Part shown: positions 1 through 8,938 of the stretch, piece by piece | Layout of the letters: each line of letters begins with the position of its first letter | Position numbering within the stretch: position 1 is the stretch's first letter | DNA from: an uncultured Candidatus Scalindua sp. | Lineage (GTDB): Bacteria > Planctomycetota > Brocadiia > Brocadiales > Scalinduaceae | Assembly (NCBI GenBank): GCA_964344685.1 | Contig: CAYFOK010000007.1 | Span: 79,771 to 111,770 of the forward strand | Direction of reading: 5' to 3' | Length of the DNA stretch: 32,000 nucleotides | The notes under the pieces: generated by a model | The model's input: only the letters and a program-made list of their open reading frames with translations | What the model was told of the DNA's origin: nothing | Databases searched by the model: none | Made by a program: the position numbers and the translations under genes

Positions 1-189
1 GAATAGCATATCTCAGTGAAATATTCTTCACAATACTTTACTTTTACTTTGCAATGCTAGCATCTATATATACTTGATGATCACTCCTCGATAGTAAAGC
101 ACTACCACCATTGGCCACAAAACAGAAAGTATTCTATTCATATATAGGCAAACGATCTATGACCGTCCTCAATTTTAACTGAAAGAATC

Positions 190-1359
190 GTGAAAGAGCA
201 CATAGTTAGTTACATACAAGACAATGAAGAGGAAATTGTTAGTCTGTCAACTGAGCTGATTGGCGCCGACACATCAAATCCACCCGGTAATGAATACCTG
301 GCGGTAAATATAATAAAAAAGTATTTCAATACTCATGGTATTACGTATGATACTTTTGAAAAGAGTACTGGTAGAACAAATATAATCGGGTATATAGGTA
401 AAGGAGAGCCGACTCTACTTGTTGCATGCCACATGGACGTTGTACCTCCCGGTAGCGGATGGAACACAGATCCTTTCAGCTCAGTAGTTAAAAACGGCAG
501 AATTTTCGGGCGCGGAGCAAATGACAATAAAGGACAAATGGCATCCATGCTGGTTTTGGCTAAATTCCTGAAGGATAATGAATCAAAGCTTAATGGCCGT
601 TTATTATTAATTGGTGCAGCTGATGAAGAGAAAGGTTCTCATCTGGGCTTGGAATATCTGCTTAAAGAGTGCGGTATAACCGCCGATTATGCAATTATAC
701 CTGATGTTGGAAACAATATGAAGATCATTGATGTCGGAGAAAAAGGAGCTCTTTTTATAAACATTACGGCATATGGTAAGCAGGCTCACGGTTCAACACC
801 GGAAAAGGGTATAAATGCTATATGGAATATGATTGAGCTGCTGAACCAATTAAAGAATATAAAATATAAATGCATGACACATGAGCTGTTTTCGCCTCCA
901 ACTCTTAACCTGGGCACTATCAGTGGTGGTGCAGCACATAATATTGTCCCTGCCAGATGCGAAGCAAAGCTTGATATCCGTTATTTACCCGGTGAGACAG
1001 AGAAAGAAATACTAAATGATATTTATGAAACTATCGCTTCAATCAAAAAGCATAATCCAACTGCAGAGTTTGACGTTGCCGTTGATACGCATCTGCCTCC
1101 TACCCAGATCCCGGAGGACAACCCATTGATCAGCTTAATATCAAGGCATTCTGAGTCTATACTTGGAACAAAACCGATACCCACAGGATTCTCAGGCGTG
1201 ACGGTGTCCAAGCAGTTAATAGAAAATGGTATTATGGCAGTAGGGTTTGGTCCCGGCGATGCAGATCAAGCTCACATTGCAAATGAATCTATAGAGATAC
1301 AGGAGTTAATAGATTTTGCAAAAATAATGGGCCTTATAATTTTCGATTTACTAAAGTAA
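190..1359 (+). CDS. M20-family metallopeptidase (ArgE/DapE/acetylornithine deacetylase-like)
   Basis: 389-aa ORF with GTG start. M20 metal-ligand motifs are readable: ACHMDVVPPG, GRGANDNKG, GAADEEKGS, and a C-terminal HIANE-type segment. Confidence 0.85.
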   Translation: MKEHIVSYIQDNEEEIVSLSTELIGADTSNPPGNEYLAVNIIKKYFNTHGITYDTFEKSTGRTNIIGYIGKGEPTLLVACHMDVVPPGSGWNTDPFSSVVKNGRIFGRGANDNKGQMASMLVLAKFLKDNESKLNGRLLLIGAADEEKGSHLGLEYLLKECGITADYAIIPDVGNNMKIIDVGEKGALFINITAYGKQAHGSTPEKGINAIWNMIELLNQLKNIKYKCMTHELFSPPTLNLGTISGGAAHNIVPARCEAKLDIRYLPGETEKEILNDIYETIASIKKHNPTAEFDVAVDTHLPPTQIPEDNPLISLISRHSESILGTKPIPTGFSGVTVSKQLIENGIMAVGFGPGDADQAHIANESIEIQELIDFAKIMGLIIFDLLK

Positions 1360-1535
1360 CTTGTCTTTAAATATTTCAAGAAAAGTAAAATTCGTCTTGA
1401 CTATGATTCCATGAAATATATAATTTTACATAAATAACTGGAAATGGAATACATAAATACGTATTTCACATCATAAAAACCTTTTAGGCTTCATAATTAA
1501 CATTTTGCTTATTGCAGTTTAAAAAGGAGATAAAG

Positions 1536-1718
1536 ATGGCTTCCAATTTAAAGGTACTTTTTAAACAGAATTGTAATAAAACGGAGAGGCTGGCTTTTTT
1601 AAAAGAGAGGTATAAAAAACTTATATTAGAACCTATCAAGGAAATAGAATCTGAGATAGAAAAAGACTTAAACGAAGAAGATGGAATTGATAATCCACCT
1701 GTTGACTGTCATTATTAG
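1536..1718 (+). CDS. small hypothetical protein (60 aa from the internal ATG)
   Basis: The ORF track gives 1512-1718. The ATG at 1536 is preceded by AAGGAG. I recognise no family. Confidence 0.3.
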   Translation: MASNLKVLFKQNCNKTERLAFLKERYKKLILEPIKEIESEIEKDLNEEDGIDNPPVDCHY

Positions 1719-1928
1719 TGAAAAATTTTGACATCTTTAAATTACTCAACTATTTTATTCATTCCTGATCAAATATAATATTTGTTATTAACATTCCTCA
1801 TAGTGACGCAGTATTTTATTTCACTACTTTAATTAAAAGCCCTTTTTCTGTTTCAAATTTTATCTATTTTAATAAGCAGCTAATACATATTCTGTAAATC
1901 ATTAAGGCTAAATTTTGAAATTAATAGT

Positions 1929-2006
1929 CGGGGCGTGGCTCAGCTTGGCTAGAGTGCCTGCCTTGGGAGCAGGAGGTCGCTGGTTCGAATCCAGTCGCCC
2001 CGACCA
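1929..2006 (+). tRNA. tRNA-Pro (anticodon UGG), with encoded CCA
   Basis: Hand-folded cloverleaf. Acceptor CGGGGCG/CGCCCCG. D stem GCTC/GAGT. Anticodon stem CCTGC/GCAGG with loop CTTGGGA (anticodon TGG, G37). T stem GCTGG/CCAGT with loop TTCGAAT. Discriminator A followed by CCA. Confidence 0.95.
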
Positions 2007-2008
2007 TT
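1962..2008 (+). repeat. attL: 47-bp core repeat (3' half of tRNA-Pro from the anticodon loop through CCA plus TT)
   Basis: Identical 47/47 to 18374-18420 in direct orientation. Confidence 0.85.
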
Positions 2009-2012
2009 CATA

Positions 2013-3074
2013 TCAACAACTTACGACATCAGGGTGGTTCTCATTTTCACCCACTGTCGCCAAATTGTCGCCAGAATTCAGTATCTGGATAGTAGATCGA
2101 AGCTTTTCCGGGCTGAGGTGAGCATACCGCTGAGTAGTCTTAACGTCCTTATGCCCTGCCAAACCCGCAACTGAATAAAGATCAGCACCCTTCTGAACTA
2201 ACTTTGAACAAAAATCATGCCTTAGATCGTGAAACCTGAAATTCTTGATACCTACTTTCCTGCACGTATCCCTGAAAGACTTACCAACCCAATTCCGGTT
2301 ATAAGGTTTGCCATTCTTACCATAACCAAATACATAGACGTTTTCCTTATCCATATATATCATTTTAAGTAAATTATGGACATTATCAGTCATTGGTATG
2401 CTATGTGGCTCCCCATTCTTTGTCCTCTCAAGGTTGATCATCCGGGAAAAGATATTAACCTGGTTCCACTCCAGATTAATAATGTTGGATAGTCTCAATC
2501 CTGTTTCCCTAGCAATTGTAACAATAGGCTTTAACCATTCAGGCAGTGCATTCATTAACCGCCCTTCTTCGTCTTGAGAAAGATATCTTACCCGTTTGAC
2601 ATCACCGCTGGGAATCTTGAATCTGGCAAAAGGAGTCTCGTCAACCAATTCCCAATCATGAATAGCCAGATTATAAGCATGTCGTAATAGACGAAGCTCG
2701 TGATTTACAGTAACATCCCCCACCCCATCATTACGTCTGTCTGTAATAAATCTAGAAAGATGTCTGGGCTTTACATCGTTAAGTAACTTCTTACCAAAAC
2801 ACTGAAGTATCCTTTTTGAGAAATAAATATCATTTTTGTAGGTAATTGTCCCCTTGTTTGGCTTAGAATGCTCAGCAAGATATTTATCAATCAGGCTTGC
2901 TACGGTTATCTTATTTCCTTTCGGTTTCTTAAAAAAGGAACCTTCGATAATTTCCATCCTGATTTTCGCCTCTATTGCCTGCGCAAGTTTTCGATTTGAA
3001 GTTCCAAGGCTTTTTTCTACTTTTTTTCCATCATGCCTTATTTTAGTCCACCAGATTCGGCCTCTTAAATACAT
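2013..3074 (-). CDS. int: tyrosine recombinase / phage integrase
   Basis: Catalytic motifs are readable: TGLRLSNIINLEW (Arg), HDLRH (His-x-x-Arg), GHKDVKTTQRYAHL (His, Tyr). The likely start is the ATG at 3074, preceded by AAGGAGG. The ORF track extends it to 3158. Confidence 0.9.
   Translation of the reverse strand: MYLRGRIWWTKIRHDGKKVEKSLGTSNRKLAQAIEAKIRMEIIEGSFFKKPKGNKITVASLIDKYLAEHSKPNKGTITYKNDIYFSKRILQCFGKKLLNDVKPRHLSRFITDRRNDGVGDVTVNHELRLLRHAYNLAIHDWELVDETPFARFKIPSGDVKRVRYLSQDEEGRLMNALPEWLKPIVTIARETGLRLSNIINLEWNQVNIFSRMINLERTKNGEPHSIPMTDNVHNLLKMIYMDKENVYVFGYGKNGKPYNRNWVGKSFRDTCRKVGIKNFRFHDLRHDFCSKLVQKGADLYSVAGLAGHKDVKTTQRYAHLSPEKLRSTIQILNSGDNLATVGENENHPDVVSC
2049..2073 (+). promoter_or_regulatory. 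candidate integrase arm-type binding site (ACCCAC TGTCGCCA AAT TGTCGCCA), copy 1
   Basis: This 25-bp sequence is repeated exactly at 18207-18231. Internally it holds two TGTCGCCA octamers 11 bp apart. It lies inside the 3' end of int, 41 bp from the att core. Confidence 0.5.
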
Positions 3075-3129
3075 ATTTTTACCTCCTTTCCGAAGCCTGA
3101 CGGTGTCTGAATGACTGTTACCGGCAGAA

Positions 3130-3396
3130 TTATATATCATTTCTGATAGTATCTCCAATAATTTTATCAGATGCTTCTTCTACTTGATTTATATTGCGTT
3201 TCATGGAAGCCATTAGCGCATTTATATCATTAAGATCAAAGAGAACTCTTCGACCCAACTTTACTGAGGGTATTTTCCCCTGAGCTGCCCATTCATACAA
3301 CGTCTTTACCGAGAGAGAGGTGTACTCAGATACTTTTTTGATACCTACATATCTTTCTCTGTTAATCTCATTTTTATCATTTAATTTGTTTGCCAT
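3130..3396 (-). CDS. xis: excisionase-family helix-turn-helix DNA-binding protein
   Basis: 88 aa, directly upstream of int on the same strand. The segment VSEYTSLSVKTLYEWAAQGKIPSVKLGRRVLF is typical of excisionase/MerR-like HTH_17 proteins. Confidence 0.75.
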   Translation of the reverse strand: MANKLNDKNEINRERYVGIKKVSEYTSLSVKTLYEWAAQGKIPSVKLGRRVLFDLNDINALMASMKRNINQVEEASDKIIGDTIRNDI

Positions 3397-3975
3397 ATTG
3401 TCCGCTGTTAGTATTTATTTGAACTACTGATAACTAATGATGAAGATATTGCGACGAGAATTTTAGATTATTCTAAATTTTGACTGTTACTGCCATTAAC
3501 ATTAAATGCCATATATAAACAAATCATATACCAAATAAATGGTAAGACAGATTATTCTATTTGCACATAGTAATGGAGGTTTTTAAATTGTTATTTGAGA
3601 AAGGGTTACACTAAAATAGTTTTTATTAATATTTTTCTTTTTCAAACAAATGTGTGACAAGAAATCAAGGAAAAGTATGCAATGACACAAAAGCATGCCA
3701 GACATCAATGTACCATCATGGAACGATTCTTAGTCTTACTGCATCATAATCATTCAGCGTCGAACCAATGAAGCATTTTCAGCAAAACATCAATATACTT
3801 CATAGTATTTAAGAAAGCTGATTTGCAAAATAGAAAGAGTCTATCACCGCCAGGCAGCAATTAAGAATACACTTGAAACAATCCAGATATACTATAAAAT
3901 TCGCTTTTATACAGAAACGATAATAGAGCTCGTTTGCCGTCATTAACCAAAACCACAAAATAGTATAATTATAGA

Positions 3976-4422
3976 ATGAAGAAAATATATTTAGACGTTT
4001 GCACTTTATGCCGTCCATTTGATAATCAGTCTATGATGCGAATACGTCTTGAAACAGACGCATACTATTTAATATTAAAAAGCATTCAGGATAAAACTTT
4101 CGAAATTATTGTATCTCCAGTACACTTCAAGGAGGTTGAAGCTATAGAAGATATATATGAACGTATAGAATTAACCGTTTTGTTAAATAAATACGGTAAA
4201 AAACCAACATTCAAATTGAATGAAATTAAAAAAAGAACTGAATATTTAAATTCCTTAAATTTTGGAATTGCTGATGCTGCCCATTTAGCATTTGCTGAAA
4301 CATCGGCAGATTATTTTATTACCTGCGATGATAAATTGTTAAAGAAAATTAGCAAAATAAAAGATATTAATATACAAGCAATTAATCCTGTAAACTTTTG
4401 TACAAAGGAGAACTTGAGGTGA
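3976..4422 (+). CDS. PIN-domain protein (VapC-like toxin candidate)
   Basis: 148 aa with PIN-like acidic residues in context: IYLDVC, FKEVEAIED, IADAAHLAFAE, ITCDDKLL. Confidence 0.8.
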   Translation: MKKIYLDVCTLCRPFDNQSMMRIRLETDAYYLILKSIQDKTFEIIVSPVHFKEVEAIEDIYERIELTVLLNKYGKKPTFKLNEIKKRTEYLNSLNFGIADAAHLAFAETSADYFITCDDKLLKKISKIKDINIQAINPVNFCTKENLR

Positions 4423-4622
4423 AGCAAGGACAATATATAAAAGAAGAGAAATTACTAAAACAAGGTGTTGATATTTTAATGGAAAAATTAGGACCAATAG
4501 AAACAAGTAGGTTTTTATCCTTTCCACCACAGAAGAGAATAGAATCTGTGAAAAGGCATCAAAAGTGGCAATCCGAGCTTGATAAAAACAAGTTTTTAGA
4601 TGATTTATTCGGAAGCAAGTAG
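4419..4622 (+). CDS. small protein translationally coupled to the PIN gene (antitoxin candidate)
   Basis: The GTG start overlaps the PIN stop (GGTGA) and AAGGAG lies 8 nt upstream. The LGPIETSRFLSF segment resembles small partner proteins of PIN genes, recalled from memory only. Confidence 0.45.
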   Translation: MKQGQYIKEEKLLKQGVDILMEKLGPIETSRFLSFPPQKRIESVKRHQKWQSELDKNKFLDDLFGSK

Positions 4623-4705
4623 GCTTTTCTAAATTGAAGTAAACTTATATGAAATATAGAAAAGGCCAAAGTACTGAGAAAAATATATAACGAGAGGAAA
4701 GGATC

Positions 4706-4891
4706 ATGAAAAATTATGAGAAGTTATTTCGAGAACAAATGCAAAATCCTGAATTTGCCAAAGCCTACCATGAAGCTAAATCAGAGAAGAAATTAGATGA
4801 GATGTTGGACGATTTAAAAGAAAAAATAGATAAAGATGCCCCTAAAAATCTTTTGCTGGAAACTATCAATTCAATTCAACATCAGATATGA
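4706..4891 (+). CDS. small helical hypothetical protein
   Basis: 61 aa with GAGAGGAAAGG upstream of the ATG. The charged helical sequence fits no family I recognise. Confidence 0.35.
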   Translation: MKNYEKLFREQMQNPEFAKAYHEAKSEKKLDEMLDDLKEKIDKDAPKNLLLETINSIQHQI

Positions 4892-4967
4892 TTACATCAG
4901 AATATTTTATAGAAAAAATTATTAATACTTCAAATAAATAACCAGAAATGTTTATAAAGAGGTAAAT

Positions 4968-5198
4968 ATGTCACGTTGTCATGTATACGGTTCAATAAAG
5001 GCAAAAGAAGAGTACACCAACGAAGTATTTCAGATCGATAACAAGCCTGTTTTAGTAGAACATATTCCAGCAATAGTCTGCGTCCGCTGTGGTGAAGAAA
5101 CATTTAGCCGTGAAACCACAGAACGGATTCGCCGCATGGTACACGGAGAAGCAAAACCTGTAAAATCTGTTTCAATGGAAGTATTCACTTTTATATAA
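4968..5198 (+). CDS. YgiT-type (MqsA N-terminal-like) zinc-finger protein
   Basis: 76 aa. VEHIPAIVCVRCGEETFS is the hallmark second zinc knuckle of YgiT-type fingers. The first knuckle is degenerate (RCHVYG). Confidence 0.55.
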   Translation: MSRCHVYGSIKAKEEYTNEVFQIDNKPVLVEHIPAIVCVRCGEETFSRETTERIRRMVHGEAKPVKSVSMEVFTFI

Positions 5199-5648
5199 AA
5201 ACCAAATAAAAAAGCATCTAACACCTATAAGCCCCCCACACACACACACACTTTTCAAGTAAGAAACCACCCCATATGATTAACAGATCAGAATAACATT
5301 ACATAAAAGATACTATAATCGAAATCACCAAGCATATGGGCAACATGACAATCGCAATATCGATAGTGACTCTAGCAAATATAATTGCTGTAATTATTCA
5401 GTTATACAAATAGAATTTAGCACACCAACATTATAAGGAACGAAAATGTGACCCCTTGCTTGTCACAAGAAAAAGAAGAAGTAGAGTTTTTTGGTTTTAG
5501 TTCTAACTGTATTGTTTTACTTAGGCTTAAGGCCAGAATGGGGAGTATGATTTACTCCCTGTTTTGGCCTGTTTTGATTTGCTTACTTGACAATTACTTG
5601 ACAGTAATAAAGTTTACATTAGACTGCTGAAGGATTAAGAAAAGTGAA

Positions 5649-5667
5649 GGTTGTTTCTTAAAATCAA
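5649..5667 (+). repeat. third, degenerate copy of the GGTTGTTTCTTA-N-ATCAA motif
   Basis: GGTTGTTTCTTAAAATCAA. The first 12 nt are identical to 17947-17958 and the orientation matches. Confidence 0.4.
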
Positions 5668-5866
5668 TGGGGGAAAAAGAGTATAAATTAAAGCTTCAGA
5701 TAATAAGAGGATTGGGGATCAGATAAAAATAGAATAATTATAGTTTTTATGACTATTTATTTGAGAAACACATTATCAAATCATTTTTAACTTTAATAAA
5801 AAAGGTGAGATGTGACCTCGTTCAGTTGTAATATAATTAAACTTAAAAGGTTACAGCTATTCTGCA

Positions 5867-6571
5867 TTACTCTCCATCAATTTGTTCGCTGCTATGAATC
5901 GTGTAATGCCGTTCAATGAATTTTATTGTGTTCGTGAATTTAACTTTGTCCTGTTTAGGTGCTTTTTGTTGCATCTCCTTTAACATTGGCAAAAGATAGC
6001 ATTTATGTCTATTACTTCCGTTTATAAATTGGTATGCATATACCTCTTCATCAAAAATAGAGAACTTCCTCATTGGTATATCCTGATTTATAAATCCATG
6101 GTTAAGAGGGCTGACATGCAATGAAATAAGTCGCTTTGAAGCTGACGGGGTTAAGACTAAACCAATCCAGTTTTGATCTTCGCAGTATTCGTATGCTTCA
6201 AGAAAGGCTTTGCCCATAATAATCTTACTGTTATGGCCTATAATTAAATTCCCATAAGAAACAGCGCCTCTTACTGGTAATCGCTTGAGAATGCAATTTC
6301 TAATAAAACCCTTTGATTTGTTAATGAACTCAGGGTATCCAGAATCATCTGGTGATGTTGCGTAAATAATAAATGTATCCGCATAGAATGTAAAGTTTAC
6401 TAAAGACTCAAAGTGAGTTGTTTGTTTCTGTAACTTTTTTAAAACTTCGTCAATAGAATCTTTAAGGATATCTAGGTACAATGAACGGTCTTCATTGTCA
6501 ATTTTATATTTGAATCCTATAACATCAAAGTGAGCAATCCAAGTGTTGTAACTTTTCCAATTATTATCCAT
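5867..6571 (-). CDS. nucleotidyl-cyclase-like palm-domain protein (class III cyclase / GGDEF / mCpol-like fold)
   Basis: 234 aa. Motifs are spaced as in class III cyclases: HFDVIGFK (F-x-D-x-x-G-F), FYADTFIIYA (second metal Asp), LPVRGAVSYGNLIIG (R-x-G-x-x-x-G), GKAFLEAYEYCE. Recognised by eye only. Confidence 0.5.
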   Translation of the reverse strand: MDNNWKSYNTWIAHFDVIGFKYKIDNEDRSLYLDILKDSIDEVLKKLQKQTTHFESLVNFTFYADTFIIYATSPDDSGYPEFINKSKGFIRNCILKRLPVRGAVSYGNLIIGHNSKIIMGKAFLEAYEYCEDQNWIGLVLTPSASKRLISLHVSPLNHGFINQDIPMRKFSIFDEEVYAYQFINGSNRHKCYLLPMLKEMQQKAPKQDKVKFTNTIKFIERHYTIHSSEQIDGE

Positions 6572-6642
6572 GTTATTCTTTCAGCTAATGCTGAAATCAC
6601 TTGCCAAAATGCACCAACTTTTTGGACAAGTGGATTGATTTA

Positions 6643-7239
6643 TTAGGAATTTTCTTTTCTTTCGATCTCTTCTTTGTACCATTTATCTATATGTTTTGCT
6701 CCCTCAAGAGACTTAACAGATGAGGCTGTCATTCCTAGTATTAAGGCAATCTTTTGATAATTTAATCCCTCTTTTCTAAGTTTTAAAATCAAGCACCTTC
6801 GACGATAGGGAACCTCAGCAGGAGCATCTAAGCTTGCACTTTTTTCTAGAGATTTGAGTCTCTGTTCTTCCGTTTGATGAAAAATAGGAGTTCTGAAAAA
6901 TTTTCCTTCAAAATAATCCCATCCTAGTAAGTGTGCGATTAGTTCTAATAGTTCAGCTATAACATGAGGTTCGCTATTTTCTTTAACGATTTTTTTTATG
7001 TCACTTTTTAGAATATCTAGGTCAGCCAAAATTGTAGCCTTCAATATTTCATCATTAGTTACAACCTGTATAATTCTTTTTTTTATTTTTCCTATAATCT
7101 TTAAACACTCATCTTTAAAATATTTTGGATTCTGATATGCCGATGCCATATCATGGGAGCATCTGTCTTTTCCATTATACTCCCAAGATGTGATTTCCAT
7201 CTGTAAGTTATAAGGGTAACATTTTTTCTTTTTATTCAT
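6643..7239 (-). CDS. hypothetical protein with a C-terminal sigma-70 region 4 / LuxR-like HTH
   Basis: 198 aa. The C-terminal RRRCLILKLRKEGLNYQKIALILGMTASSVKSL is HTH-like. Confidence 0.5.
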   Translation of the reverse strand: MNKKKKCYPYNLQMEITSWEYNGKDRCSHDMASAYQNPKYFKDECLKIIGKIKKRIIQVVTNDEILKATILADLDILKSDIKKIVKENSEPHVIAELLELIAHLLGWDYFEGKFFRTPIFHQTEEQRLKSLEKSASLDAPAEVPYRRRCLILKLRKEGLNYQKIALILGMTASSVKSLEGAKHIDKWYKEEIERKENS

Positions 7240-7583
7240 AACAAGTTATTCAATAATTCCCAGGTAACACCACTATGGCAACGATATTCAGAAGAATCAA
7301 ATTACTATACTTCTTTATAAGGAACAATTGCAGTCTGAAATATCAAAATAGCATTTATAGCAGATTATTTTTTTAGCCTGAGTTGCAATTCACGATTCTT
7401 TACAAATTCATCAAATTCATTCTTTTGTAGGCCAAGATTTTTGTTAATTTTTATCCATTTCTATCTCCTTTATCTTGCCTACACACTTCTTTTCTGTTTA
7501 CGGTCACACCCTTTGGAGCGCTAATACCTAGCTTGATCGTGTCTCTTCATTTCATTAACAAACATTTCTTGATCATCATTTTA

Positions 7584-7982
7584 TTAAGTCCACTTTAGAT
7601 AGTCAGGTAATTCAGGGGAACCAAACTTTTCATTATATTCATCTTGAAATACCTTCTGTTTATCGAGAGCATCGTCCAGTAACCGTTTCCAATTATCCAG
7701 ATCGGTGCCAAATTGCTGAAAGTCATCGTCTACAAAATGAGCGTACCTGATAGTGCCTATTTCTAACTTTGTTGGTTTCCCCTCGACAAGGTCTTCAAAG
7801 TATAGTTTATCTCGGGTCATAGTTTTTTGTACATCTGTCCAATAGTAATGCGGTAGGTCTGATACAAATGTAAACTTTAGATAGTGTTTCTTGAAAAAAG
7901 ACTTTGCAAACACAGCGTAGACGTGAATATATTTCTCTCCCTCTTTGAAAATATCAACAAAATCTAATTTGTGGAGCCTCAT
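7584..7982 (-). CDS. hypothetical protein
   Basis: 132-aa ORF with AAGGAGG upstream of the ATG. I recognise no family. Confidence 0.5.
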   Translation of the reverse strand: MRLHKLDFVDIFKEGEKYIHVYAVFAKSFFKKHYLKFTFVSDLPHYYWTDVQKTMTRDKLYFEDLVEGKPTKLEIGTIRYAHFVDDDFQQFGTDLDNWKRLLDDALDKQKVFQDEYNEKFGSPELPDYLKWT

Positions 7983-8361
7983 TCTTTCACCTCCTTTTGC
8001 TCTCTATATTAGTTTATAGTATCTGGAATACTGGTTGTCCTGTTTTCCTGTATACGATCACCATGGCTTCCAAGTATCATCACCCTCTTTGTATGGCGTG
8101 AACAGAAAATACAAACTTAATGCCAATAACAGCCCACCGATTTTATTGCTGAAGAATATCATGGTTAACAGGGATAAAAAAACATAAAACCAAGCAAATT
8201 ATTCTAAATATTTTTATGTCTTTTTTGTTAATTATCATTGTTTTTCAAATCACCCTGTATTTCTTTTTTTCTAATTTAAAGGATACATCTAAACACCACA
8301 TTTCAACAGAAAAGCAACAACAAAAATAGCAAGCCGCCTTTAATATAAAGAGATTTTTTCT

Positions 8362-8670
8362 TTAATAATTATTCTTTTTTGTCTGAACCCATCCATATAG
8401 AAATACAAGCACGGTAATGATATTTATTACTGCCCACGCTTCACGAAATAAATGAATTGGTTCTATGGGGTTGTAGACAATAGCGATTACTATGAAGGCC
8501 ACAGTAATAAAGCCACAACCCTTTTCTTTGTAATATTGATAAGCGATATATGCAGCACACCCACAGATTGCCCAGCGCATAAGCTGATAGTAATAGTACG
8601 GCAGCGAAAGCAGTGCGATAAGTAACAAGGCTATCGGCCCAATCCATAACAGTTTATTTGTTTTTGCCAT
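8362..8670 (-). CDS. small multi-pass membrane protein
   Basis: 102 aa with three or four hydrophobic segments. Confidence 0.6.
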   Translation of the reverse strand: MAKTNKLLWIGPIALLLIALLSLPYYYYQLMRWAICGCAAYIAYQYYKEKGCGFITVAFIVIAIVYNPIEPIHLFREAWAVINIITVLVFLYGWVQTKKNNY

Positions 8671-8938
8671 GCCTTAAAATTTAATAAATGCAAAGGATAA
8701 GAAAGATACGAGAGATCTGTGCTCTATAATGAGCCTTCAATATATTCACCTAGATCTACCATTCCTTGCATGAAGTTGACACAATTACGACATGCCATAT
8801 GAGTACCTTTACATAAGTCTTCATTAATGATTTATCAAATTTGTAAAGTATGAATTTGGTGAAGATATTGACAATCACCCATTACCACGACGAGACTCTC
8901 TACGGTAATCAAGTATCTCTCGAAAGATGTCATGTTTC

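Noticed and set aside
1915-2121. 68-aa plus-strand ORF from the track
   Set aside because: It is a translation of the tRNA-Pro gene and the antisense of the integrase 3' end. No RBS is present and the sequence is explained by those two features.
5232-5251. C6(CA)7 microsatellite as a phase-variation switch
   Set aside because: It is short, not within or immediately upstream of any credible gene, and I see no promoter spacing that would be affected. I noted it only as part of the non-coding gap.
7365-7458. Mini-gene with a good RBS (AAGGAG) and ATG at 7458 that stops after 4 codons, but continues in the +1 frame as INKNLGLQKNEFDEFVKNRELQLRLKK*
   Set aside because: It is about 30 aa at most, with no recognisable family, and requires a frameshift. 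It could be a decayed small regulator, but the evidence is too thin to call.
5867-8670. Calling the cyclase-like gene plus nearby membrane protein a complete Pycsar/CBASS/mCpol-type defence system
   Set aside because: I could see no cyclic-nucleotide-binding, TIR, SAVED or 2TM effector domain. The 102-aa membrane protein is 1.8 kb away with two unrelated genes between. Only the cyclase-like fold itself is supportable.
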